Below are positions 47,548-57,260 of a DNA stretch of 64,000 nt, piece by piece; the first letter of the stretch is position 1, and each line of letters begins with the position of its first letter. Both the position numbers and the translations under genes were made by a program. The notes under the pieces were generated by a model. The model ran no database searches. It was not told the DNA's origin and worked only from the letters and a program-made list of their open reading frames with translations. Origin of the DNA: Candidatus Woesearchaeota archaeon (GTDB lineage: Archaea; Nanobdellota; Nanobdellia; Woesearchaeales; UBA9989); contig DUKZ01000002.1 in NCBI GenBank assembly GCA_013329045.1, positions 30,662 to 94,661 on the forward strand, written 5' to 3'.

Positions 47548-48465
47548 ATGTTTGCAATTGAAGTAGAAGGACTCAGGAAATCTTACGGGAAAGATATCGC
47601 AGTACAAGATGTCTCCTTCAAGATCAGGAAAGGGGAAATATTCGGCTTGTTGGGACCAAACGGTGCCGGGAAGTCAACAACAATTAACATGATTACTGGC
47701 CTGCTCACAAGAGATGCAGGCACGATAAAGATCCTTGGGAGTGATCCAGAAAAGGATTGGGAAAGGATTAAGAATAAGATGGGTGTTGCCACTGCGTATT
47801 ATCCATTAAACGAGATTCTCACTATTAGGCAAAACCTCATCGTGTACAGCAAGATCTATAATATCCAAAACGCAAATGAGAGGATCAATTCGCTTTTGAA
47901 AGATTTTGGGTTAGAGCACTTGGCAAATAAGCGAATCGGCCACTTATCTTCTGGAGAGCGCACAAGAACCACTCTTTGTAAGGGCCTTCTTCCAAAACCG
48001 GAAATTTTATTCCTCGATGAGTGCACTATTGGCCTGGACCCGGATATTGCACAAAAAACAAGGCAGATGATCCTGGATTACCATAATGAGACGAAGTGTA
48101 CTATTCTTTTTACCTCGCATTATATGTTTGAAGTTGAGCAGCTATGTGATAGGATTGCGTTTCTGGATAAGGGAAGAATTCTCTATGTTGACACCTCAAA
48201 AGAACTCAAGGCAATGATAAAGAAAGAGGTTATTCAATTAACGCTGAAGTCAAACACAGAAAAGTTATCATCTTTCCTCAGGAAAAAATCAATCAGGATC
48301 ATAAGTGTGCAGGAAAGCATTATTACCTTTGAGCTCCAGGAAAACAAGGAAACATTTCAGCTCCTCAAAGAGATCTTCAATCAGGACTTTGATGTCATCG
48401 ATATGCACATCAGCAAACCGACGCTAGATGACATCTTCATCCATATTGCGAGGAATGGCAAATGA
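47548..48465 (+). CDS. ABC transporter ATP-binding protein (ABC-2 exporter type)
   Basis: Walker A GLLGPNGAGKST, signature LSSGERTRTTL, Walker B LFLDECTIGLD. Confidence 0.85.
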   Translation: MFAIEVEGLRKSYGKDIAVQDVSFKIRKGEIFGLLGPNGAGKSTTINMITGLLTRDAGTIKILGSDPEKDWERIKNKMGVATAYYPLNEILTIRQNLIVYSKIYNIQNANERINSLLKDFGLEHLANKRIGHLSSGERTRTTLCKGLLPKPEILFLDECTIGLDPDIAQKTRQMILDYHNETKCTILFTSHYMFEVEQLCDRIAFLDKGRILYVDTSKELKAMIKKEVIQLTLKSNTEKLSSFLRKKSIRIISVQESIITFELQENKETFQLLKEIFNQDFDVIDMHISKPTLDDIFIHIARNGK

Positions 48466-49247
48466 AGTGGTACAGGATAAAAGCGCTGCTCCTGAAGTAT
48501 TACTTTATCACGTTAAACAGCGCTGATAGGATCTTCGACATCTTTTATTGGCCAGTTATTGATGTGATCATCTGGGGATTTACAAGTTATTTTATCAAGC
48601 AGATCTCATCGCTCAACATCCTGTCGATGGCTCTTGGAGGCCTCATCTTGTGGCTGTTTGTCTGGAGATCCGCCCAAGATATTGCTGTTTACGTGTTGGA
48701 GGATTTTTGGAGCAAAACTTTATACCATCTTTTCTCTTCGCCGGTAATGATCAGTGAGCATATTACCTCAATTGTCCTGTTTGGATTCCTCCGGTCAATG
48801 TTTACCTTTTTTTTCTTGGCAGCATTGATGTTCATGCTCTATAGTTTCAACGTATTCACAATACCTTTGGCATTGCTCGCCTCCTCAATCGCTATCCTGA
48901 GTTTGTTTGGCTGGGCGATGGGCTTATTCATCACTGGTTTGATTCTTCGCTTTGGACAAAGAATTCAAGTGCTGGCTTGGAGCCTCACATGGATTATCCA
49001 GCCTTTTAGCTGTGTCTTTTATCCTTTAAGCGCCCTCCCCCAGTGGGCTGTTCCAATTGCCAAAGTGCTTCCAACAACGCAGGTGTTTGAGACACTCCGT
49101 TCTGTGATCTTTCCGACCATGGGATCACAGGGCAACTTATGGTATGCCCTTGTCTCAGTTTTACTATTTTTAGTGGGTGCGGGATGGTTCCTTGGAAGCT
49201 CATTTAAGAAAGCAAAAAAGAATGGCATGCTCGTTGGGGCAGAATAA
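48462..49247 (+). CDS. ABC-2 family transporter permease
   Basis: ATGA-coupled to ATPase gene; 6 predicted TM helices. Confidence 0.7.
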   Translation: MKWYRIKALLLKYYFITLNSADRIFDIFYWPVIDVIIWGFTSYFIKQISSLNILSMALGGLILWLFVWRSAQDIAVYVLEDFWSKTLYHLFSSPVMISEHITSIVLFGFLRSMFTFFFLAALMFMLYSFNVFTIPLALLASSIAILSLFGWAMGLFITGLILRFGQRIQVLAWSLTWIIQPFSCVFYPLSALPQWAVPIAKVLPTTQVFETLRSVIFPTMGSQGNLWYALVSVLLFLVGAGWFLGSSFKKAKKNGMLVGAE

Positions 49248-49304
49248 TCCTCAATAAAACAAGAATAAAAATAGAGCAGGAATTTAAAAAAAAAATCACC
49301 AGAG

Positions 49305-49523
49305 CTATCGTCTGATGATATCATCAATTTGTTCTGCTGTGAACCTAACAGGCTCAAGTTCCTTCCACTGCCTCATGGGAGTATTGATATCAGCTGATTC
49401 TTGATATACCCGTTGAACCGCTTGCTGTTGTTCATTGTTCTTTCCAGCTTCATATCCAGCTTTATACCCGCCAGTCAGCGTTGCAAGGCCAATAAGAGCT
49501 ATCGCTGCATAGTTTTTCATCAT
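49305..49523 (-). CDS. Small secreted/membrane-anchored protein (72 aa)
   Basis: Start MMKNYAAIALIGLATLTGG after GGAGGAAT SD; signal-like N-terminus. Confidence 0.35.
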   Translation of the reverse strand: MMKNYAAIALIGLATLTGGYKAGYEAGKNNEQQQAVQRVYQESADINTPMRQWKELEPVRFTAEQIDDIIRR

Positions 49524-49653
49524 GGTAAATTCCTCCAGGGCAAGGGTCTTCCTTGTTCCTGAAATAGATAATGCGGAAGAAGATATAAAATATGCCACTA
49601 ATTTTTTTTACAATTTAGATAATTTTATTAATGAATAAGTAATTATCAAGATT

Positions 49654-50622
49654 ATGAGTGATATTACTGACCTTGACCAATATGATCGCCGCTTGCTCTA
49701 TGAGCTGGATAAAGACAGTTCCACCTCGCTTCCTGTCCTGGCAAAAACGCTCAAGCGCTCAAAACAGTTCATTCTCTACAGGATGAAAAGGCTCGAGCAA
49801 TCAGGCGTGATCACAGGTTATCATGCTATTATTGACATGGCAAAGCTTGGATATTTCACTTTTAGAGTCTATGTAAAATTCCAGCAAATGACAAAGGCAC
49901 AAGGAGAACTATTTGTGGCTCATGTCAGGAAGCACCTAGATCAGGTATGGACCATCACGAGTATGCATGGCAAGTGGGATTATGCCCTTTTTCTTGGTGT
50001 GAGAAGGATCAGTGAATTCCACACCATCTGGGACCAGATCATGCTCAGCTATAAGGAACATATCAAAAAGTATAATGTCGCTGTTTATGCACCAATTATC
50101 AACTTCAACAGGATGTTCTTTTATGATCGCCCCTACCAGCCGGTCGAACGGGTTTATGGTGATGGTGATATGGTGCCATTAAAGGAGCATGATTGGGAGA
50201 TCATCGAACTCTTTGCCAATAACGTCAGGCTCTCGAGCCTCGCAATCGCGCAGCAGCTGAAGATGAGTGCTGACACCGTGCGAAGAAGGATCAAGGAATT
50301 GGAAAAGACAAAGATCATTGTCGGTTATAAGATTGGCCTTGGCCTCGAGCAGCTCGGGTATGCAGGTTATAGGGTAGACTTAGAGCTTCTCTCGACAAAG
50401 CGCAACAAGGAGATTTTTGAGTATTGCAAGCAGCACAAGAACATCTACCAGATAAACAGGAGCATTGGTGGGGCTGACTTTGAAATTGAGGTCATCGTCA
50501 AGAACCTCCCGCATCTGCTCTCTTTAATAGATGAGATGAAACAGCAGTTCCCGGAGGTCATCAGGGACGTGGATTACTTTGGATTTTCAACATTCCATAT
50601 CTTGAAGTATATCCCTGATTGA
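49654..50622 (+). CDS. Tandem-duplicated Lrp/AsnC-family regulator (two HTH-RAM modules in one polypeptide)
   Basis: Two HTH_AsnC-like segments: LDQYDRRLLYELDKDSSTSLPVLAKTLKRSKQFILYRMKRLEQSGVITGY and HDWEIIELFANNVRLSSLAIAQQLKMSADTVRRRIKELEKTKIIVGY. Confidence 0.65.
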   Translation: MSDITDLDQYDRRLLYELDKDSSTSLPVLAKTLKRSKQFILYRMKRLEQSGVITGYHAIIDMAKLGYFTFRVYVKFQQMTKAQGELFVAHVRKHLDQVWTITSMHGKWDYALFLGVRRISEFHTIWDQIMLSYKEHIKKYNVAVYAPIINFNRMFFYDRPYQPVERVYGDGDMVPLKEHDWEIIELFANNVRLSSLAIAQQLKMSADTVRRRIKELEKTKIIVGYKIGLGLEQLGYAGYRVDLELLSTKRNKEIFEYCKQHKNIYQINRSIGGADFEIEVIVKNLPHLLSLIDEMKQQFPEVIRDVDYFGFSTFHILKYIPD

Positions 50623-50649
50623 AAAGAGCTTAGTAGGGACCGATGGATA

Positions 50650-50982
50650 TTATGCCTTTATTTTTTCAATCTGCTTCTTTAATTTCGGCAAATCACCCTT
50701 GGCAATATCCCAGATGATATCCAGGTCAACGCTGAAGTACTGATGGATAATCTTATCCCTTGTTCCCGCAATCTCTTTCCAGGGAATGCCCGGATATCTC
50801 TCTGTGAGAGTTGATGGAAGCATCTTTACTGCCTCACCGATGATTTCCAGGCTTCTGATGACCGCATTCTGCTTTTCTTTATCTCCAAAGAATTCTGCCC
50901 GTGCCACTCCGTCCATGAATATTTCTATGTCTTGAATATTCTCAAGTATGTGCTGGATAAAGAAGAGTGAGTCTTTTTTCAT
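50650..50982 (-). CDS. hepT: HepT-like HEPN toxin (DUF86)
   Basis: C-terminal RDKIIHQY = Rx4HxY motif; 110 aa; 4-nt overlap with upstream MntA gene. Confidence 0.7.
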   Translation of the reverse strand: MKKDSLFFIQHILENIQDIEIFMDGVARAEFFGDKEKQNAVIRSLEIIGEAVKMLPSTLTERYPGIPWKEIAGTRDKIIHQYFSVDLDIIWDIAKGDLPKLKKQIEKIKA

Positions 50983-51428
50983 AGAATTCTCACCTCTTCC
51001 TTAAGAATTTTGTCACGAAGGCGGGGATGGATATATTTGTATGTCACAACGTCAACTTTCTCCTTGAGGGCATCTTCAAGTTCTCTTTGAAGACGGACAA
51101 AGCCATAACCCATGCCTTTTGGTGGTTCGATGAGGATATCAATATCACTTCCTTTTTTTCTTTCTCCACGAGCAGTGCTACCAAATATCCCTGCTTTTCT
51201 CACATTATTCTTGATCAACACCTTCCTGATTAAGGGGGTAATCCTTTCGAGTTCCTTGTTTCTTTTAAGTTTACTATCAGCCAACTTTTCTTTCAAAGAT
51301 AATTCCTGCGGTGTCAGATTTGAGCCCAGGTACATGCGTTTTTTCATCACAGACTGCCCTTCCCTTATAGAGATGACTCGATAATAATAACTCTGTTCAT
51401 TTCTTCGTTTAATCTCAGTATAGGCCAT
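50979..51428 (-). CDS. mntA: MntA-type nucleotidyltransferase antitoxin
   Basis: GIFGSTARGERKKGSDIDILIE (GS...DxD). Confidence 0.7.
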   Translation of the reverse strand: MAYTEIKRRNEQSYYYRVISIREGQSVMKKRMYLGSNLTPQELSLKEKLADSKLKRNKELERITPLIRKVLIKNNVRKAGIFGSTARGERKKGSDIDILIEPPKGMGYGFVRLQRELEDALKEKVDVVTYKYIHPRLRDKILKEEVRIL

Positions 51429-51485
51429 AGAGGAATGTACGTCTACATTTTATTTAAATCTTTCTATGTGGACGTATAGAAAAAA

Positions 51486-51588
51486 GCCCCCGGCGAGAGT
51501 TGAACTCGCGACCTGCTGATTGCCTGCTAATGGCTACAAGTTTCAGCTCATAGAGAACAGCCGCTATAGCCACTAAGCCACGGGGGCA
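51486..51588 (-). tRNA. Intron-containing tRNA (about 30-nt intron), isotype not confidently assigned
   Basis: Acceptor GCCCCCG/CGGGGGC, D-loop with GG, T-arm GCGAG-TTCAACT-CTCGC, anticodon stem GCTG(T)/(T)CAGC separated by about 30 nt; U discriminator; followed by T6 tract; anticodon UCU possible only with atypical C33. Confidence 0.6.
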
Positions 51589-51756
51589 CTAATTGATGGT
51601 TATCAATATTTATTTAAAAAGCTTCCTCTTAATAAATTATACCGCTTTAGTTGCTTTGGATTATTGATCCCAGTCTCTTCAACCCCGACAGGTATGCCTG
51701 TTTCTTTAGCAAAACATTGGAGCGCTTGAATGAAAAAAACAGCTCCAGGGACAAGA

Positions 51757-52308
51757 TCAGAATTTCGGGAACTGTGTTGGTGTTGGAGGACCACTTACCG
51801 CTTCTGATTCATACCTGTACAGGTTTAAGAACCCTTTGATGTTCCCATATAATTGGTTCACATCCTCAAGCAATCGGGCCTTAAATCTTTCTGTGTAAGG
51901 CACAAAGATGAAGCGGTCAAACATTGTCCTGATGAAGAAGAATTCCGGTTTTGATTCCCACCTGTTCTCATAATCTGTTTCAAACCACGCATCAAAGATC
52001 ATGCTCACCTTTCCCTGGTTTACCGTCACTTTGAGCCCTTCCCGCTCTATATCCACTTTCTTGACATCTTCCATGACCATCCTGATCTTCACGACAAACT
52101 TTGCATAATCCGTGATCTTTTTCCAGGGCTCAAGGACAAGTTCAACATATTTTCCAGTAGGCGTTACCGTCTCATAATTCTTGTCTTCGCGCTTGTCATA
52201 TCCTTTTTCCCGAAACCATTCCTGAATCATTGCATAGAGCTCTTCGACATCAAAGAGCCCTTCATACATAAGGCGCATGTGGTCGACGACAAGTGTCCTT
52301 TCAGCCAT
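51757..52308 (-). CDS. Uncharacterised protein, paralog 3 of a tandem triplet (183 aa)
   Basis: Shares Y.M(I/M)(Q/H)EWF.E.G(Y/W) ... W.W ... Y......V ... DVK/E scaffold with the two upstream genes. Confidence 0.5.
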   Translation of the reverse strand: MAERTLVVDHMRLMYEGLFDVEELYAMIQEWFREKGYDKREDKNYETVTPTGKYVELVLEPWKKITDYAKFVVKIRMVMEDVKKVDIEREGLKVTVNQGKVSMIFDAWFETDYENRWESKPEFFFIRTMFDRFIFVPYTERFKARLLEDVNQLYGNIKGFLNLYRYESEAVSGPPTPTQFPKF

Positions 52309-52324
52309 GATCCCTCTTTTTTAC

Positions 52325-52846
52325 CTACCAGACCGCCCGGTAGGGGTCTGCTGTCGTTTCCATACCTAAAAACTTTTTGATTTCTGTGTGGAGCTTGAAG
52401 ACGATGTACCAGAGATGGTCTGTCCAGAAGATATCCATATCCCGGCGAAGGAGTGTTTTATAGAGGACATCATCCAGCACTTTTTGGAGGGGGGTTGTCA
52501 CACGGTTCTGGTATTCCATCTCCACCTGGGAGGATATCTCAAGGTTCATCTTTAATTTCAGCCGCTTTTCCTTCTTTCCATCACGTACAACTTCAATCTC
52601 TTTTACGTCCATGAGGTAGAAATAGACATGAATCCGGTAGAGCGCATATTCCGTCACCTTTTTCCACGCGTCCCATTCAATCTCCATGTGCTTTCCAAGC
52701 GGTGTTGGGATTTTATACTTCCAGCTTTGTTCTTCAAGATAATATGAGCGGTCAAGGAACCATTGGTGCATCATCCTGTAGAGGCCGTCAAAGTCCACTA
52801 TGCCGGCATACCTGATCCGTGACACGGGCAGCTTTTCTAATCTCAT
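52325..52846 (-). CDS. Uncharacterised protein, paralog 2 of a tandem triplet (173 aa)
   Basis: YRMMHQWFLDRSY motif; ATGA overlap with upstream paralog. Confidence 0.5.
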   Translation of the reverse strand: MRLEKLPVSRIRYAGIVDFDGLYRMMHQWFLDRSYYLEEQSWKYKIPTPLGKHMEIEWDAWKKVTEYALYRIHVYFYLMDVKEIEVVRDGKKEKRLKLKMNLEISSQVEMEYQNRVTTPLQKVLDDVLYKTLLRRDMDIFWTDHLWYIVFKLHTEIKKFLGMETTADPYRAVW

Positions 52847-53457
52847 GTTTTCACATCATAATCAGTGAAGTCTTTTCGTGGATACCACTTTGCCATCTCG
52901 GGTTCTGGCAGGTATAATTGGAGTTTCATGTATGTTTTAATGGCTTCCTGCAGCCGATATGCTTCTCGATAGAGCTGGATTCGCTGCGATTGAAGCTCTG
53001 CTTTCCACACCCTCTTCGTAAAGACATCATACATATCTTTGAGGATGATCTTCTTCTGCCAGGTGCCTTTAGGATCAACAAGGATATATGCTCTGACTTT
53101 TATTTCCGGCTCTCCATAATTTGCCTTAAATTTTTCCCCTTCATGGACAACTTCCACTTCAGTAAGAAGGACAACATGGCAGTCAAGGTCAAGATGCCAT
53201 TCATAAAAAGGATTTGGACCACTTTGTCCTGGCGCCCCTTTGGTAAGCCTCCACCAGAACCATATCTCATCACCCCGTTTTGCGTGCTCCCGGTGGAGAT
53301 AAAATTTTTCCCCGAAATCATAGTCTACTCTCGTCGCCCACCCTTCCTCGATAAACCATTCATGCATCATGAAATAGAGGTTTCTCATGTGAAAATAATC
53401 AAGGTGTTTGACACGATACCTTGCAGCTTCAATCGTGTGGGGAATATAGGGAACCAT
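52843..53457 (-). CDS. Uncharacterised protein, paralog 1 of a tandem triplet (204 aa)
   Basis: YFMMHEWFIEEGW motif; first of three same-strand paralogs downstream of a TrmB-like regulator. Confidence 0.5.
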   Translation of the reverse strand: MVPYIPHTIEAARYRVKHLDYFHMRNLYFMMHEWFIEEGWATRVDYDFGEKFYLHREHAKRGDEIWFWWRLTKGAPGQSGPNPFYEWHLDLDCHVVLLTEVEVVHEGEKFKANYGEPEIKVRAYILVDPKGTWQKKIILKDMYDVFTKRVWKAELQSQRIQLYREAYRLQEAIKTYMKLQLYLPEPEMAKWYPRKDFTDYDVKT

Positions 53458-53532
53458 ACATTCTCTATGAGGAAGAGGCTATTTAAAGGTTTCTGTCAAT
53501 CGGGAGGATAAAATAAAAGAGAAAAAGCGTTT

Positions 53533-54264
53533 CTAAGGGGTATAGTAATCGTCCATATTTCCCCATATCTGGTTAAAGAAAGCCCGTTGCTTTTGCACAA
53601 TTAATGAAGAGGTAATAAGTATTCCTGACGGTTCTGGTTCCCATGAAATAATGCCCATTTTGTCATTACAGATACCGGTATTTTCGGGAATGGGAAACTT
53701 CACATATTTCATCCGCAAATACCGCCGTTGTGCAAACAGCGGTCTGAGCTTGACTGGTGCAATGCCTTTGACAATCAGTTTCTTTTCTTTCCTTTTCGCA
53801 TCATAGCGGGTATAAAACTTCTGGATAAGCTCATTATGGAGGTCAACATCAGCAGAGAAGAAGAGGAACTCATTTTTTGGTTTGGTTTCTTCTATAAGTT
53901 GGTAAAGCAGGGTGGAGACTCCTTTTATACCGCTGAATATTTCTGCATGTTGTTTTTCTGCGCCCAAGGTTTGCAGTTGATGAAGGTGGGGCAAAAGACG
54001 TGAAATCTCATTCTTCTTTTCATCCACATAATCAAGGATGGTCTCAGGGGGTGCTGCCTGATAGACCCGAGCTTTTCCCTTTATGATGAACGCGACAAAT
54101 CCTTTTTGGATGAGTGAATGAAGATTTGCATGAAGAACTGAGTTATGAACATGTGCCTTGTCAATAATCGCCCCCGCTGAGCCCGACCCCAATCGCAGGA
54201 GGGCTAAATAGACCTTTATCTCATTCTTCGTCAGCCCAATCTGTTCTAATGCCGAAGCATCCAT
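53533..54264 (-). CDS. TrmB-family transcriptional regulator
   Basis: N-terminal HTH LGLTKNEIKVYLALLRLGSGSAGAIIDKAHV typical of TrmB; C-terminal effector-domain-sized extension. Confidence 0.65.
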   Translation of the reverse strand: MDASALEQIGLTKNEIKVYLALLRLGSGSAGAIIDKAHVHNSVLHANLHSLIQKGFVAFIIKGKARVYQAAPPETILDYVDEKKNEISRLLPHLHQLQTLGAEKQHAEIFSGIKGVSTLLYQLIEETKPKNEFLFFSADVDLHNELIQKFYTRYDAKRKEKKLIVKGIAPVKLRPLFAQRRYLRMKYVKFPIPENTGICNDKMGIISWEPEPSGILITSSLIVQKQRAFFNQIWGNMDDYYTP

Positions 54265-54376
54265 AAGAAGGATAAGAGAGGGAAGAATAAAAATCTTTCC
54301 ATTTGTCCTTCTAAAAAGGAGGATAAAGTATTTTTAATTCAAGCTCATTCCCAAAGAACAACTTAAAGGTGAGAAC

Positions 54377-54979
54377 ATGAGAACGAAAACGATAGACCAG
54401 ATTGCAAGGTTATTTCCATTAGCAAAATTTGCAGGTGATAACTCGTCAGAGAATGTAACACCAATAATGCTGAGGGAGAGGCTGTGGACCCGTGAAGAGG
54501 GCATGAGGAGTGTAGGAGAAGTTGGCATTCCGGTTGTGACAAACATACATTCGTTTACCAGCTATCACCCACGGTATGTGTCTTCGAGGACAGTTGCGTT
54601 GACCGTGTTTGATGAAAAGTTCTTTCGGGGGCAAGATCCTGGAAAATTATATTGGGGAAATTCAGAGAGTTCAGAATCATTGATCGATGAAGACTATTCG
54701 ATGATCAACAGAGATTGGGCAGATTTTTTAAGGTCATTTAATGATTATGGGGTCAGGGTGATAGATTCAGACGATAGTGACATGGGAAAAGGTCTGGAAG
54801 GATTAAACATTGATGAAACCGTGTTATACCAAACAATTCACTATGCATTCTCTGTTGAACGCTGCCTCCAACAGCACCTCACAGGGTTTTTCAGGCTCTA
54901 TGATGCTGTGCTGGACCGAGAGGATAGATCACATCCTTCAGTCCAGTTGATAAGAAGCTGTTATCAGGATTTGAGCTAA
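54377..54979 (+). CDS. Hypothetical acidic protein (200 aa)
   Basis: GGTGAGA SD; no motif recognised. Confidence 0.4.
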   Translation: MRTKTIDQIARLFPLAKFAGDNSSENVTPIMLRERLWTREEGMRSVGEVGIPVVTNIHSFTSYHPRYVSSRTVALTVFDEKFFRGQDPGKLYWGNSESSESLIDEDYSMINRDWADFLRSFNDYGVRVIDSDDSDMGKGLEGLNIDETVLYQTIHYAFSVERCLQQHLTGFFRLYDAVLDREDRSHPSVQLIRSCYQDLS

Positions 54980-54984
54980 AATAC

Positions 54985-55746
54985 TCATCGCGACCCATTC
55001 CACGAATCATTTTCATAAATGATTTTTTTCACTTTGAGGGCAAATGCCATCTCCTCAGCAGTGACCTTTCCTTCTTGGTACTCTTTTCCCTGAGTGAGGC
55101 CAGCAACAAGGGCGGTGTAGACTTCCTCTCGAGAGAATTTTCCAAAATCAGCTATCTTCGTTATCCTTTCCTTGACATTCTTGATGAGCTTGTCACGAAT
55201 CTTGATATCCTTCACCCTGAGCAAGGAAAACATCAAGTCAACATCAGCATCAAGGAGGACTGTCCCATGCTGCAACAACACCCCTCCTCTACGTGTTTGT
55301 GCATTGCCAGATATCTTTTTCCCATCAACCAGAATGTCATTGATGGGATGAAATTCCCCTTTTATACCAAGTTCCGCTAAGCCATTGACAACCCATCCGC
55401 AAATAATTTTATAGGATTCTGTAATCCCCATACCATCAAATTCAGAAAGCGGAGCTATGACGCTGTAAGTAATTTCACCGGCAGAATCATGGAAAACAGC
55501 CCCGCCCCCAGTCCTTCGCCGGACAATATCCACCCCTGCCTTCTTGCATGCAGCAATATCAACTTCATCATGTAAACTCTGAAAACACCCAATGGAAACA
55601 GCAGAAGGGTTCCAGGTATAGAACCGAACAGTGGGGAGCTGTTCTCCTTTTCCAACGCTCTCGCTGATCGCATGGTCTATTGCCATGTTCATTGATGCAG
55701 TATGGGAAGAGAGAGGGATCAGGCGCCAGTGCATGGATGAAGACAA
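54985..55746 (-). CDS. lplA: Lipoate-protein ligase A catalytic (N-terminal) subunit
   Basis: RRTGGGAVFHD and KISGNAQ motifs of BPL/LPL catalytic domain; about 250 aa as in split archaeal LplA. Confidence 0.75.
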   Translation of the reverse strand: MSSSMHWRLIPLSSHTASMNMAIDHAISESVGKGEQLPTVRFYTWNPSAVSIGCFQSLHDEVDIAACKKAGVDIVRRRTGGGAVFHDSAGEITYSVIAPLSEFDGMGITESYKIICGWVVNGLAELGIKGEFHPINDILVDGKKISGNAQTRRGGVLLQHGTVLLDADVDLMFSLLRVKDIKIRDKLIKNVKERITKIADFGKFSREEVYTALVAGLTQGKEYQEGKVTAEEMAFALKVKKIIYENDSWNGSR

Positions 55747-55821
55747 AAAACTGCTGTTTAAAGATGTTTCGCTGTGAACTGCACAAGAATCCTGCCTGGA
55801 AAATATCTTTCAAAATGAGTA

Positions 55822-56535
55822 CTAATACCTTCCCCCAAGATACACGCTTTTTATTTTTTTGTGGGTGATCATTTCCCTGCCTCCTTCCAGCACCACCTTC
55901 CCTTCCTCAAGGAGGTATGTCCGGTCTGCGATTTCAATCGCTTTCTTTGCATTCTGTTCGACAATAATGATAGCTATTCCATCTGCCCGCAGGGAGTTGA
56001 TCATCGTAAAAGCTTCTTTCTGAAGTTTTGGCGATAGGCCAAGCGATGGTTCATCAAGGAGGAGGAGCGCTGGCTCTCTCATGAGAGCCCGTCCAAGGGC
56101 GAGCATTTGTTGCTGGCCGCCAGAGAGGGTATACGCCGGTTTTTCTCTTTTTTCCCGGAGTGCAGGGAATTTGTGGAAGACAAATGAGAGGTTTTTTGTG
56201 AGCAAAGCCTTGTCTTGCCCGGCAGGTGCCCCGATCTCCAGGTTTTCAAGAACGCTGAGGCTTGGAAAGTTTATTTTTCCTTGCGGGACATATGAAATAC
56301 CAAGGCCAACAAGGTCGCTTGTCTTCATCTTGGTGATCTTTTTTTCTTTGAATGTGATCATCCCCCGTGCAATATGTGTTAGGCCAAAGACTGATTTGAT
56401 GACGGTGCTTTTTCCAGCGCCATTAGGGCCGATGAGAGCCACGATCTCTGCTGGCCCGATATGGAGTGATACCTCTTGCAATACTTCCAATTCTCCATAT
56501 CCGGCAGTAAGGTTTTGTATCTCAAGCATTGTCAA
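55822..56535 (-). CDS. livF: Branched-chain amino acid ABC transporter ATP-binding protein (LivF-like)
   Basis: Walker A GPNGAGKST, signature LSGGQQQM, Walker B LLLDEPS. Confidence 0.85.
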   Translation of the reverse strand: MTMLEIQNLTAGYGELEVLQEVSLHIGPAEIVALIGPNGAGKSTVIKSVFGLTHIARGMITFKEKKITKMKTSDLVGLGISYVPQGKINFPSLSVLENLEIGAPAGQDKALLTKNLSFVFHKFPALREKREKPAYTLSGGQQQMLALGRALMREPALLLLDEPSLGLSPKLQKEAFTMINSLRADGIAIIIVEQNAKKAIEIADRTYLLEEGKVVLEGGREMITHKKIKSVYLGGRY

Positions 56536-57260
56536 TCACCAAGGTATGCCTCGAGCACTTTTTCATTGTCTTGGATCTGCCGTGGCAGCCCTTCTGCAAT
56601 GATTGTCCCTGCATCAAGGACATATACCTTATCCGCAAGGTCCATCACAAAATTCATATCATGCTCTATAAGGAGGATCGTATCGCCCTTGGCAGCAAGA
56701 GCGCGGATGATTCCCTTGATCTGCTGGCGAAGCTTTGGATTTACCCCGGCTACTGGTTCATCGAGCATGAGCAGGGAATGGGGCTTTGCAATGGCAACAG
56801 CCAGATCCAGGAGCTTTCGCTGTCCATAGGAGAGATCAGATGCATATGTCTGAGGGGGCTTGTCTAGCCCGACAAGTTCTAGCACTTGTTTTATTCTCTT
56901 GGGCTGGTCTTTTCTTGTGCGAAAGAAATTTCTGAGTAAGGTTTCGTCATTTGTGGATAAAGCGATTGCCACATGGTCATGGATGGAGAGGTTTTTGAAG
57001 AGCCTCACCTGCTGGAATGTCCTGGATATTCCCTGTCTGGCGATGAGGTAGTCAGGTTTTCGTGTCACGTCTTTTCCCTGGAATGAGATAGTGCCCTTAT
57101 CGATGGGCACAATGCCTGAGATGACATTAAAGAGTGTTGTCTTTCCAGAGCCATTAGGGCCAATGAGTGCAGTAATCTTCCCACTGTCTACCATAAGTGA
57201 ACATCCGGCAAGGGCTGCAACACCGCCAAAATTTTTATGGACTTTTGTGATTCGCATCAT
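56532..57260 (-). CDS. livG: Branched-chain amino acid ABC transporter ATP-binding protein (LivG-like)
   Basis: Walker A GPNGSGKTT, LSYGQRKLL, LMLDEPVAG. Confidence 0.85.
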   Translation of the reverse strand: MMRITKVHKNFGGVAALAGCSLMVDSGKITALIGPNGSGKTTLFNVISGIVPIDKGTISFQGKDVTRKPDYLIARQGISRTFQQVRLFKNLSIHDHVAIALSTNDETLLRNFFRTRKDQPKRIKQVLELVGLDKPPQTYASDLSYGQRKLLDLAVAIAKPHSLLMLDEPVAGVNPKLRQQIKGIIRALAAKGDTILLIEHDMNFVMDLADKVYVLDAGTIIAEGLPRQIQDNEKVLEAYLGD

